Of a stretch of 64,000 nucleotides of DNA, positions 1 to 8,570 are shown in pieces. The stretch comes from Bacteroidales bacterium (GTDB taxonomy: Bacteria > Bacteroidota > Bacteroidia > Bacteroidales > UBA932): contig JABUTN010000002.1 of assembly GCA_021443665.1 (NCBI GenBank), forward strand, positions 27,943 through 91,942, in the 5' to 3' direction. The notes beneath the pieces are model-generated. The model was given only the letters and a program-made list of their open reading frames with translations, was not told the origin of the DNA and made no database searches. The position numbers and the translations under genes are program-made. Position 1 is the stretch's first letter, and every line of letters starts with the position of its first letter.

Positions 1-270
1 CTGTCCGCAGAGAGTTCGCGGATGCCGGCCCTGCTCAGGGACATACGGAGCCTGCCGGAGGTATTCAGCTGCTTCGCCTTCGGCGACAGGCACCATTTGG
101 TGCTGAAGACCCCCGAAGAGGGAGGAGGCGGGAGTCTTCAGGATACCATAGCCGGCCTGAGTCTGCGTCTTCGCGAAATGGGCCACAGCGATGTGCTGAT
201 AGAGCCCATCACCCCCTGCATAGAGGATTGTTATATGTATCTCGATAAAATGGACAGGGAAAATGGCTGA
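1..270 (+). CDS. ABC transporter ATP-binding protein, C-terminal fragment (gene starts upstream of the window)
   Basis: Frame 1 is open from nt 1 to TGA at 268-270 and overlaps the next ABC ATPase gene by 8 nt. Context fits the first ATPase of a two-ATPase/two-permease ABC-2 exporter. Only about 89 aa are visible, so the call rests mainly on context. Confidence 0.55.
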   Translation: MSAESSRMPALLRDIRSLPEVFSCFAFGDRHHLVLKTPEEGGGGSLQDTIAGLSLRLREMGHSDVLIEPITPCIEDCYMYLDKMDRENG

Positions 271-1003
271 GGAAATCATAAAGGCGGAAGGGCTGACCAA
301 GCGTTTCGGCAGCTTCACGGCGGTGGACCACATCAGTTTCACCGTCGAGAAGGGCGAAATCTTCGGCTTCCTCGGGGCCAACGGTGCCGGCAAGACCACC
401 GCTATGAAGATACTCTGCGGGCTCTCGAACCCCACTGAGGGCAATGCCTGGGTTGCGGGCTATGACGTGTGGCGCCAGGTGGGGAAAATCAAGCAGTGCA
501 TAGGCTATATGAGCCAGAAGTTCTCCCTTTACGAAGACCTCAAGGTCTGGGAGAACATACGCCTTTACGGAGGCATTTACGGCCTGAGCGGCAAACAGAT
601 AGCGCAGAAGACGGACGAGTTGCTCTCGCGCCTTCATTTTGAAGACCAGCGCAACCGTCTGGTGAAGACCCTGCCCTTGGGCTGGAAGCAGAAGTTGGCC
701 TTTTCCGTGGCGATTTTCCACGAGCCCAAGATAGTCTTTCTGGACGAGCCCACAGGCGGTGTGGATCCTGCCACGAGGCGCGAGTTCTGGGAGATGATCT
801 ACGATGCGGCGGAAAAGGGGATTACGGTCTTCGTGACCACCCACTATATGGATGAGGCGGAGTACTGCAACCGCGTGTCCATTATGGTCGATGGCAAGAT
901 TGAGGCCCTCGATTCGCCCCACGCCCTCAAAAGCGGCTTCGGAGTGGACAGTATGAATGCAGTGTTCCAAAAACTCGCAAGGAGGGCGACAAGGGAGGAA
1001 TGA
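263..1003 (+). CDS. ABC transporter ATP-binding protein (ABC-2 exporter, YbhF-like)
   Basis: Walker A 'GANGAGKTT', Walker B 'IVFLDEPTGGVD', degenerate signature 'LPLGWKQKLAF'. ATGA overlap with the downstream permease gene. Confidence 0.9.
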   Translation: MAEEIIKAEGLTKRFGSFTAVDHISFTVEKGEIFGFLGANGAGKTTAMKILCGLSNPTEGNAWVAGYDVWRQVGKIKQCIGYMSQKFSLYEDLKVWENIRLYGGIYGLSGKQIAQKTDELLSRLHFEDQRNRLVKTLPLGWKQKLAFSVAIFHEPKIVFLDEPTGGVDPATRREFWEMIYDAAEKGITVFVTTHYMDEAEYCNRVSIMVDGKIEALDSPHALKSGFGVDSMNAVFQKLARRATREE

Positions 1004-2148
1004 GGAAACTGAAGCGTTTTTTCTCTTTTGTCTATAAGGAGTTTTGCCACATCCTCAGGGATGTCAAGACTCTGATAGTGCTACTCTTTATGCCGGTGAT
1101 CCTGATTATGCTCTTCGGCATGGCGCTCTCGACGGAGATTAAGAATGTGAAGGTGGCCATCTACGACCCCTCTATGGACATTGCCACCCAGCGCATCGTG
1201 CGCCAGCTGGATGCCAGCACCTATTTCACCATCACCAGGATGATAGTCAATCAGGCTGAAATCAACGACATTTTCCTTGACGGCACGGCGGAGATAGTGA
1301 TGGTGTTCCAGGAGAATTTCTACAACAGGGTACTGCACGACGGGGATGCCTCCATCCAGGTGATTGCGGACGGCTCCAACACCAATGTGGCCACGATGGG
1401 AGTGTTCTACCTCTCTTCCATAATCTCCTCCTTCCAGCAGGAGATGGCGCGTGAGATGGTGATGAACGCGGCCGACCCCGAGCAGGCTGCGGCGATGGCG
1501 GGCGATGTGATAAACATTACCTCGCGTATGCTCTACAACCCCCAGATGCAGAGTTCCTTTAACTTCGTGCCCGGCGTGATGGGAATGATTCTGATGCTCA
1601 TCTGCGCGATGATGACCTCCATCTCCATAGTGCGTGAGAAACAGCGCGGCACGATGGAAGTGCTGCTGGTGTCGCCCGTCAACCCGATGTCGGTGATTCT
1701 GGCCAAGACCATCCCCTATTTCGTGTTGAGTTCGCTCAATCTCGTGACCATCCTGGTCCTGTCGGTGCATCTGCTCGGCGTGCCCATTGCCGGCAGCCTC
1801 CTTGAGCTTTTCGTGGTTTCCCTGATTTTCATACTCGTGTCCCTTTCGCTCGGCATCTTCATTTCCAATGTGGTGGACACCCAGGAGGTGGCCATCCTGA
1901 TTTCGTCTCTGGTGCTGATGCTCCCGACGATGATGCTTTCCGGTATGCTCTTTCCCATTGAGAGTATGCCCCTGCCCTTGCAGTGGGCGTCCTGGTTCGT
2001 GCCGGCGAAATGGTATGTGGAGGCGGTCAAACTGATAATGATACAGGGAGTGTCCGCCGCCATGTGCTGGAAGCACTTCACGATACTGTGCGCCTTCCTC
2101 GTGGCCCACGTGACCCTCAGCATCTCATTCTTCAAAGACCGCCTATGA
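1000..2148 (+). CDS. ABC-2 type transporter permease (YbhS/YbhR-like)
   Basis: 382 aa with an N-terminal TM, a large loop and a C-terminal cluster of 5 hydrophobic helices. ATGA-coupled to the ATPase upstream and to the second permease downstream. Confidence 0.85.
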   Translation: MRKLKRFFSFVYKEFCHILRDVKTLIVLLFMPVILIMLFGMALSTEIKNVKVAIYDPSMDIATQRIVRQLDASTYFTITRMIVNQAEINDIFLDGTAEIVMVFQENFYNRVLHDGDASIQVIADGSNTNVATMGVFYLSSIISSFQQEMAREMVMNAADPEQAAAMAGDVINITSRMLYNPQMQSSFNFVPGVMGMILMLICAMMTSISIVREKQRGTMEVLLVSPVNPMSVILAKTIPYFVLSSLNLVTILVLSVHLLGVPIAGSLLELFVVSLIFILVSLSLGIFISNVVDTQEVAILISSLVLMLPTMMLSGMLFPIESMPLPLQWASWFVPAKWYVEAVKLIMIQGVSAAMCWKHFTILCAFLVAHVTLSISFFKDRL

Positions 2149-3257
2149 CACTCAGGTTTCTCATAGAAAAGGAATTCAAGCAGCTGCTTCGCGACCCCTT
2201 CCTCCCGAAGCTGATTGTGATGCTGCCCATAGTCGTGATGATGGTCTTCCCCTGGGCAACGACTATGGAAATCAAGAACGTGAACGTATCCGTGCTCGAC
2301 CGTGATATGTCGGATATCTCCCGCAGGTTCGTGGACAAAGTGGCCTCGACCAGCTATTTCAATGTGACCGACGTGTCCCTGGGCCACTCCGAGGCGATGC
2401 AGAGCGTCGAACTGGGTCAGACCGATATGATAATCGAGATTCCGAAGGGTTTCGAGAGGGAACTCCTCACGAAGGGCGAATCCTCAATCTCCATCGAGGC
2501 CAATGCCGTCAATGGCAACAAGAGTTCCGTAGCCACCTCCTACATCACCCAGATTATTATGGATTACGCTTCCGAACTCTCCGAGGGCAGAAGCACGGGG
2601 CTCACGAAGGGAATAGGCGGCATAAGCATAGACCCTTACTACAAGTTCAATCCCGCGATGGACTACAAGATACCGATGATTCCGGCCCTGATAGTGCTGA
2701 TAATGACCCTGATCATCGGCTTCCTGCCTTCTGAAAACATCGTGGCGGAGAAGGAGAAGGGCACCATAGAGCAGATAAATGTGACTCCGGTTTACAAGGT
2801 GTCCTTCATCCTGGGCAAACTGATTCCCTACTGGATCATAGGGGTTGTGGTGCTCGGCATTTCCGCCCTGGTGACGATGCTCTGTTTCGGACTGGTGCCC
2901 GCCAGCGGATGGGCCTCCCTGTTCCTGGTGTCAGTGATATACATCTTCTCCATCTCGGGTCTGGGCCTGATCATATCCAACTACTCCTCGTCCCTCCAGC
3001 AGGCGATGTTCCTGATATTCTTCTTCATCATCATCTTCCTGCTGATGAGCGGTATGTTCACCCCTGTGTCCAGTATGCCTATATGGGCCCAGGTGATAGC
3101 ATACTCCAACCCTCTGACCTATTACACGGAGATAATGAGGTCAATTTACCTGAAGGGCAGCAGTCTCAATGACGTGCGCTTCCAGCTTTATGCCCTGGTG
3201 GGGTTCTTTGTGGTCCTGACCACTTGGGCCATCCTGAGTTACCGTAAGAGGAGCTAA
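2145..3257 (+). CDS. ABC-2 type transporter permease (second paralogue)
   Basis: ATG at 2145 ('MTLRFLIEKEFKQLLRDPF') overlaps the stop of the previous permease (ATGA). Same architecture as the 1000..2148 protein. The longer track ORF from 1983 runs through the upstream gene. Confidence 0.85.
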   Translation: MTLRFLIEKEFKQLLRDPFLPKLIVMLPIVVMMVFPWATTMEIKNVNVSVLDRDMSDISRRFVDKVASTSYFNVTDVSLGHSEAMQSVELGQTDMIIEIPKGFERELLTKGESSISIEANAVNGNKSSVATSYITQIIMDYASELSEGRSTGLTKGIGGISIDPYYKFNPAMDYKIPMIPALIVLIMTLIIGFLPSENIVAEKEKGTIEQINVTPVYKVSFILGKLIPYWIIGVVVLGISALVTMLCFGLVPASGWASLFLVSVIYIFSISGLGLIISNYSSSLQQAMFLIFFFIIIFLLMSGMFTPVSSMPIWAQVIAYSNPLTYYTEIMRSIYLKGSSLNDVRFQLYALVGFFVVLTTWAILSYRKRS

Positions 3258-3266
3258 ACTTCCCGC

Positions 3267-3732
3267 TCAGAACGTGATCTTGTAGCTGAAGTTGGGAAGT
3301 ATAGGCAGGAGTTCGAGCATCTTCCAATTCTCGGAAAGGGTGTCGTAATAGAGCATAAAGGGATTGAAGTTTAAAAATTTTATTTTTTTCTTTTTCCCAC
3401 CACCTATGACAAAACTGATGCCGCCGTAAAGTTGTGAACGGGTCATTCCACGGGCGGCACTTAGCTGGTATCTGAGATTGAGTCTGAAGAAATACCAAAA
3501 TTCTGCGCCTATGCGAATTTACAGGGCATAGGTGCACAGATTGTATGGGAAGACATACCAGTCAATATCATTGAAATATCCATCCCCCTCCATTTTGATG
3601 TTCGAATCAAAAGCAGGTGGAGCAGTGTAGATAGAAAGACCCATACCCAATCCCGCATCAGGAATCGCAGTACAACCTGCAGCAGTGCGGTTTGCATAAA
3701 ATTCCCAAATATATAGCAGGCACCGTGACCTT
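3267..3732 (-). pseudogene. Remnant of an outer-membrane beta-barrel protein gene (no start or signal peptide, one in-frame stop)
   Basis: My hand translation of the minus strand ends '...LLPILPNFSYKITF*' (stop at 3267-3269), a typical OMP C-terminal aromatic strand, with alternating-hydrophobic strands upstream. An in-frame TAA lies at 3519-3521. No ATG or signal peptide exists before the region abuts the GH43 stop at 3733. Confidence 0.45.
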
Positions 3733-5334
3733 TTATGGCTCGGCGAGGCGAAAGTCGTAGAGTTCGCAGAGGGATTCGCCTGGGGTGGAAGAGGTGAACA
3801 CGAGATAGACGGGCTGTTTGCCCTTCAGACCCTTGAGATTGGAGAGAGTGACGCGGAGCCTGGTTATCGCCTGCGGCATATCCTCCTTCAGCAGGAGCTC
3901 GCCGGCCACGATGCCTCCCCTGTCCTTCCAGGGACTGCCGATGATAATCTCCACCTTCCCGTCCACCCCGAGAGGCTTCAGGTTAAAGGACGCGGAGGCA
4001 GACGACATCATCCCCAGTTCATCGAAATTGAAATACTTGTAGCCAACCACGGATCCTGCGGTATTGTTGATTACGGGGCAACTGTTCAGGACAAGGTCTG
4101 AGGGTGCATTATAGGGACTCCCCTGCCAGTAGGTGGGCTTCATATAAGAGCCGTAGTACCTCTTCTCGGGCCACTTCAGCTCATCTGAGGGCCTGGGATG
4201 GGTATAATAGCAGGCTATTCCCGCGGGGTATCTCCTGAAAGGATCAAGCCCGCCTGTGGCAAAGCCCTCCGAGGTATATTCCCCCTCGGAAATCTTCACA
4301 TAACCGGACTTCCCCTCCTTGACCTCAATCTTGACGGGAGCCACCATCGCCTGACGGGCATACTCATTGGTGCCTGTCTGACGGTGATAGAACACATACC
4401 ACTGCCCGTTTATCTCACAGATGCTGCCGTGGGTGTTGCCGGTGGGATTCGCCGTGGCTATTGGCTTGCCGTCCCTGTCCTTGCCTATTGCCCTCGCATC
4501 TATGATTGTGCCGCCGTACTTGTAGGGGCCCAGAGGGGCGTTGCTGTATGCGTAGGCAAGGGTATAGTTGCTGCCGGGCAGACCATTCTCCCCGTCCTTG
4601 GTCACACGGCTGTAGATGAACACATACTTGTCCTTGATTTTCCTGATGGAAGAGGCCTCAAAGAAACGGAACTCCCCATCCTCCCTGGAACTTGAAATCA
4701 TAGGCGAAACCACTTTTGCACCCTCCTTGACCGTAGCCATCGTTTCGGGGTCGAGTTCCGCGGCATAACTGTGCTCAAAGCCCCAGTATCCATAGACACG
4801 CCCATCGTCATCCACGAACACCGCCGGATCGAACCTCAGGTCGCCGACAGTCTCACGCGGATTATCCTTGCTCCAGTTTATCACCTTGAAAGGGCCGTCC
4901 GGACGGTCGGACTTGGCGACCATACCATTGCGTCCCCACTCCTGGTTGTTCGGGTAGAGATAATACATTTTCCGCCCGTTCTCGACACGCACAGCCACAT
5001 CGGGGGCATACAGCACATCCTTCAGGCCGGCGGGATGCACGAACTCGCCCCGCTCGTTCCTTTCAACTTCCAGGATGACACCGTCATAACGCCAGGCCGA
5101 AAGGTCCTCCACCGGGGCGGACCACACCACCTGCTCGCGGCCGCAATAGCCGTAAATCATAGAATCGTGCGAGCCATATACATAGACGCGGTACTTCCCT
5201 GGATTGTCAGGATCCTCGAACACATAGGGCTCCCCGTCCGGGATATGCTCCCACAAGGGCAGATAAGGATTCTGTGCTGAAGCGGCAAGGACCACCGCCA
5301 TAAAGGCAATGGCAAAAAACAGCAGGCGTTTCAT
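3733..5334 (-). CDS. Glycoside hydrolase family 43 (beta-xylosidase/alpha-L-arabinofuranosidase type), secreted
   Basis: Signal peptide 'MKRLLFFAIAFMAVVLAASAQ' followed by 'NPYLPLWEHIPDGEPYVFEDPDNPGKYRVYVYGSHD', a characteristic GH43 N-terminus in Bacteroidales. C-terminal beta-sandwich-like extension. Confidence 0.85.
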   Translation of the reverse strand: MKRLLFFAIAFMAVVLAASAQNPYLPLWEHIPDGEPYVFEDPDNPGKYRVYVYGSHDSMIYGYCGREQVVWSAPVEDLSAWRYDGVILEVERNERGEFVHPAGLKDVLYAPDVAVRVENGRKMYYLYPNNQEWGRNGMVAKSDRPDGPFKVINWSKDNPRETVGDLRFDPAVFVDDDGRVYGYWGFEHSYAAELDPETMATVKEGAKVVSPMISSSREDGEFRFFEASSIRKIKDKYVFIYSRVTKDGENGLPGSNYTLAYAYSNAPLGPYKYGGTIIDARAIGKDRDGKPIATANPTGNTHGSICEINGQWYVFYHRQTGTNEYARQAMVAPVKIEVKEGKSGYVKISEGEYTSEGFATGGLDPFRRYPAGIACYYTHPRPSDELKWPEKRYYGSYMKPTYWQGSPYNAPSDLVLNSCPVINNTAGSVVGYKYFNFDELGMMSSASASFNLKPLGVDGKVEIIIGSPWKDRGGIVAGELLLKEDMPQAITRLRVTLSNLKGLKGKQPVYLVFTSSTPGESLCELYDFRLAEP

Positions 5335-5336
5335 AA

Positions 5337-7544
5337 CTACTTGACCTGGGCTTTGACACGGATATCACGGGAAGAGGACCCCACGCAAACGCTGAGGGAG
5401 GAGTCATCATCCTTCCAGGACTGGGAGGCGGCATCCCAATAGCGGAGATCATCGGTGTTGAAATCAAGTTCCACATCGGTTGTGGCACCGGCGGGAACGC
5501 TGACGCGCTTGAACGCTTTGAGTTCCTGTGCGGGCCATTCCACCCTGCCGCCCTCACGGGTGACATAGAGCTGAACCACCTCATCCGCATCCATTGCGCC
5601 GAGGTTCGCCACCCTGACACTCACCTTGACAATCTTGTTCTTCTTCTCGACCTTGAGGGTCTGATAATCAAAGTCCACATAGGAAAGACCGTGTCCGAAA
5701 GCATACATCGGAGCGATGTCCTTAGTGTCATACCAGCGGTATCCCACGAGCATTCCCTCCTTGTATTCGGCCTTGGGGTCCTCCACAAGACCTGCCTTGT
5801 CCTTGCCGGTGATATCATCACGGAACATATTGGTGAAGAGGTCGCCTCCGGCAACAGTGGTCGTGAAGGTGCCGAGAGCAATGGCAGGAGAATCCTCAAG
5901 TTTGCAGGGGAAGGTGAAGGGCAGTTTGCCTGAAGGGGCAATCTTGCCGAAGAGCACCTCGGCGAGGGCCGTGCCGCTCTCGAGTCCGTTCCACCAGCCC
6001 TGGACGATGGCTTTTGACACAGGCTCCGCGCTGCGAAGGTCCACAGGCGCTCCGCTGATGACCACCGTGACCACATTGGGGTTCACCTCGGCCACAGAAG
6101 CGAGGAGGGCATCCTGGGAATTGGGAAGCGTGATACTGGTGCGGTCGAAGCCCTCGGACTCCACCCACTTGCCGGTGCCTGCCACGAAAATCACGAGTTC
6201 CGCATCTTTGGCGGCCGCTATGGCCTCGTCTATCCTGGCCTGTGTTACCTTGGGGTTCTCCTTCACCTTGGGAATCCAAATGGGGCCTGTCTCGTTATAG
6301 CCCTTGGCATAGACAATTTCCACGCCCGCATTCTTGGCGAACTCCTGAATGCCTTGAAGAGGGGTAATCTCATAGGGGGGCTTGGCTCCGGCACCTATGC
6401 CGCCTGCAGCTGTGCTTGCCTCGGCGTGTGCGCCTATGATTGCAATCTTGCGGGCCTTCAGAGGCAGTAGGGCGCCCTCATTCTTGAGTAGCACAATGGA
6501 CTTGCGGGCAACATCGAGGGCCGTCCGTCGGCTCTCGGGACGCGAAGCGACCTCCTTGTTGGCCTCAGACTCGGGAACGGCTTTGATTGCGAATCTCACG
6601 CGCAGGATTTCCCTGACCTTTTCATCAACTACTTTCTCTGAAATCTTGCCGGCCCTTACCGAATCGGCGAGGGCGGGACCGAGGTAGTTGTCGCCCGTCA
6701 TCTGCACATTCAGGCCGCCGAGGGCAGCCCCCATAGTGCTGTGGGTGCCTCCCCAGTCGGAAACGGTGAAGCCCTTGAAGCCCCACTCGCCGCGCAGAAT
6801 CTTATTGTTGAGAAGGTCGTTCTCTGAGCAGTATTTCCCAAGCACCTTGTTGTAGGCGGGCATAATCACCATCGCCCCGCCTTCACGCACGGCCGCCTCA
6901 AAGGGTTTGAGGTAAATCTCACGCATAGTGCGCTCATCCACAGTCACATCCACGCTGCCGCGGTTGGTTTCCTGGTTGTTGAGGGCAAAATGCTTCACGC
7001 AGGCGGCAGTGCCGGCATCCTGCATCCCCTTCACATACTCCACGGCAAGACGGCCGCTCAGGAAGGGGTCCTCGCTGAGGTATTCGTATGTGCGTCCGCA
7101 GAGGGGAAGGCGCTGTATGTTGATGGCCGGTCCAAGCATCACGTCCTTGCCGCGAAGCCGGGCCTCCGCACCGATTCCGTTGCCGTAGGCGTATGCCAGT
7201 TCGGGAGACCAGGTGGCCGCAAGGGCAGAGCCTGTGGGGAAATAGGTGGCATAGTCAGTCTCCCAGCCGAGCGGTCTGAAGCCCTCGCCCACTTCCTCAC
7301 GAACGGAGAAGGGGCCGTCAGCATAGCGGATTTCCTGAATGCCCTGGGAAGGCACTCCCTCGGAAGACATAATGGTCTTGCTGTGGAGCATCAGTACCTT
7401 CTCGTCGAGGCTCATCTTCGAAATTATCTCAGAAATCTCTTTCTCGTGCTGAAGGAGTTGGTCCTGGGGCAGTTTGGACTGGCTCGAGCAGGACGCGGAC
7501 AGGATGAAAAACGCCGCAAGGGCTAAGTTGGTCAAAGTGCGCAT
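5337..7544 (-). CDS. Glycoside hydrolase family 3 (beta-glucosidase/beta-xylosidase, BglX-like), secreted
   Basis: Signal peptide and GH3 nucleophile region 'GFKGFTVSDWGG', 735 aa with a C-terminal Fn3-like domain. 2-nt gap to the GH43 gene. Confidence 0.9.
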   Translation of the reverse strand: MRTLTNLALAAFFILSASCSSQSKLPQDQLLQHEKEISEIISKMSLDEKVLMLHSKTIMSSEGVPSQGIQEIRYADGPFSVREEVGEGFRPLGWETDYATYFPTGSALAATWSPELAYAYGNGIGAEARLRGKDVMLGPAINIQRLPLCGRTYEYLSEDPFLSGRLAVEYVKGMQDAGTAACVKHFALNNQETNRGSVDVTVDERTMREIYLKPFEAAVREGGAMVIMPAYNKVLGKYCSENDLLNNKILRGEWGFKGFTVSDWGGTHSTMGAALGGLNVQMTGDNYLGPALADSVRAGKISEKVVDEKVREILRVRFAIKAVPESEANKEVASRPESRRTALDVARKSIVLLKNEGALLPLKARKIAIIGAHAEASTAAGGIGAGAKPPYEITPLQGIQEFAKNAGVEIVYAKGYNETGPIWIPKVKENPKVTQARIDEAIAAAKDAELVIFVAGTGKWVESEGFDRTSITLPNSQDALLASVAEVNPNVVTVVISGAPVDLRSAEPVSKAIVQGWWNGLESGTALAEVLFGKIAPSGKLPFTFPCKLEDSPAIALGTFTTTVAGGDLFTNMFRDDITGKDKAGLVEDPKAEYKEGMLVGYRWYDTKDIAPMYAFGHGLSYVDFDYQTLKVEKKNKIVKVSVRVANLGAMDADEVVQLYVTREGGRVEWPAQELKAFKRVSVPAGATTDVELDFNTDDLRYWDAASQSWKDDDSSLSVCVGSSSRDIRVKAQVK

Positions 7545-7565
7545 AAAAGTCGGGTATTTTGTGTG

Positions 7566-8570
7566 TTACATTTGTCGTTTGATGGATTCCTGGTGAATCA
7601 GGCGGTAGAGGCCGGAAATGAAGCCGGTGGAGACCCCGCGATCGGCTGCACGCGTCTCCACACGCGAAACCACCTGTTCCCAACGCTCGGGCTGGAAGAC
7701 GGCAATGCCCTCGACAGACTTGATTTCCCCGATTTCCGAGGCAATGTCGAGGCGTTCGGAAATCAGGTCTATGATGGAATCGTCCAGCTGGTCTATCTGG
7801 GAACGCAGCATTTCTATCTTGTCGTTGGGCTGGGAGTCCTGTTTCCGGACCTTCAGTTTGCCCAAAAGTTCAGCCAGCTGTGCGACGGTAAGCTGCTGCG
7901 CGGCGTCGCTCAAGGCCCTGGCGGGATTGGGGTGCGTCTCTATCATCAGACCGTCAAAACCGAATTCCATTGCCTTGAGGGCAACCTCCGGCACGAGGGA
8001 GGCATCACCGCAGATATGGCTTGGATCGCAGATGAGCGGCATCCCGGGAATGACCCTGCGGATTTCAGCGGGAACCTGCCACATAGGCACATTGCGGTAA
8101 CGCGAAGGGTGATATACGGAAAAGCCCCTGTGGATGCCGCCAAGTCGTGAGATACCGGCTCTGATGAAGCGCTCCAAAGCCCCTATCCATAACTCCGGAT
8201 CGGGGTTAAGAGGGTTTTTCACCCACACGTCCACATCCTCCACTCCGCGCAGGACACTGCATATATCCTCCACCAGGAAAGGGTTGCCCGTGGTGCGTGC
8301 CCCGATCCAGAGGACATCCACACCGGCCTTAAGGGCCGCCTCCACGTGGCGGGTGGAAGCCACCTCCGTGGCCACTGACAGACCGCGGGAGTGTCCGGCC
8401 TCGACAAGCCAGGGAAGGGCCGGCTCCCCTATTCCCTCAAAGGCTCCGGGATGGGTGCGCGGCTTCCATACGCCTCCTCTCAGGCAGGAGACTCCAAGGC
8501 TTTTAAGCCCCTCCGCCACCGAAGCGATCTGCTCGGGTGACTCAACGCTGCAAGGGCCGGCAATTATCAT
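7566..8570 (-). CDS. Bifunctional 3-deoxy-7-phosphoheptulonate (DAHP) synthase type I-beta / chorismate mutase
   Basis: 'MIIAGPCSVES' DAHPS/KDO8PS-family N-terminus and a C-terminal chorismate-mutase-like helix 'LRSQIDQLDDSIIDLISERLDIASEIGEIK'. I prefer ATG at 8570 (1-nt overlap with the upstream stop) over the track start at 8621, which would overlap the C69 gene by 52 nt. Confidence 0.85.
   Translation of the reverse strand: MIIAGPCSVESPEQIASVAEGLKSLGVSCLRGGVWKPRTHPGAFEGIGEPALPWLVEAGHSRGLSVATEVASTRHVEAALKAGVDVLWIGARTTGNPFLVEDICSVLRGVEDVDVWVKNPLNPDPELWIGALERFIRAGISRLGGIHRGFSVYHPSRYRNVPMWQVPAEIRRVIPGMPLICDPSHICGDASLVPEVALKAMEFGFDGLMIETHPNPARALSDAAQQLTVAQLAELLGKLKVRKQDSQPNDKIEMLRSQIDQLDDSIIDLISERLDIASEIGEIKSVEGIAVFQPERWEQVVSRVETRAADRGVSTGFISGLYRLIHQESIKRQM

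Noticed and set aside
209-2387. Long minus-strand ORFs (209..970, 1081..2109, 1716..2387) antisense to the ABC transporter genes, one of them strikingly His/Arg/Gly-rich.
   Set aside because: These are typical shadow ORFs in GC-rich coding DNA. They have low-complexity composition and no motifs, and the plus-strand genes have clear ABC ATPase and permease signatures.
3371-3395. The A/T homopolymer-rich tract 'aaaaattttatttttttcttttt', considered as a phase-variation switch.
   Set aside because: It lies inside a gene remnant that is already inactivated by a stop codon and lacks a start. No intact ORF would be toggled by slippage here.
7566-8570. The DAHP synthase with a C-terminal chorismate mutase domain looked like an unusual fusion.
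   Set aside because: This fusion is a known feature of type I-beta DAHP synthases in Bacteroidota (e.g. Porphyromonas), so it is not novel.
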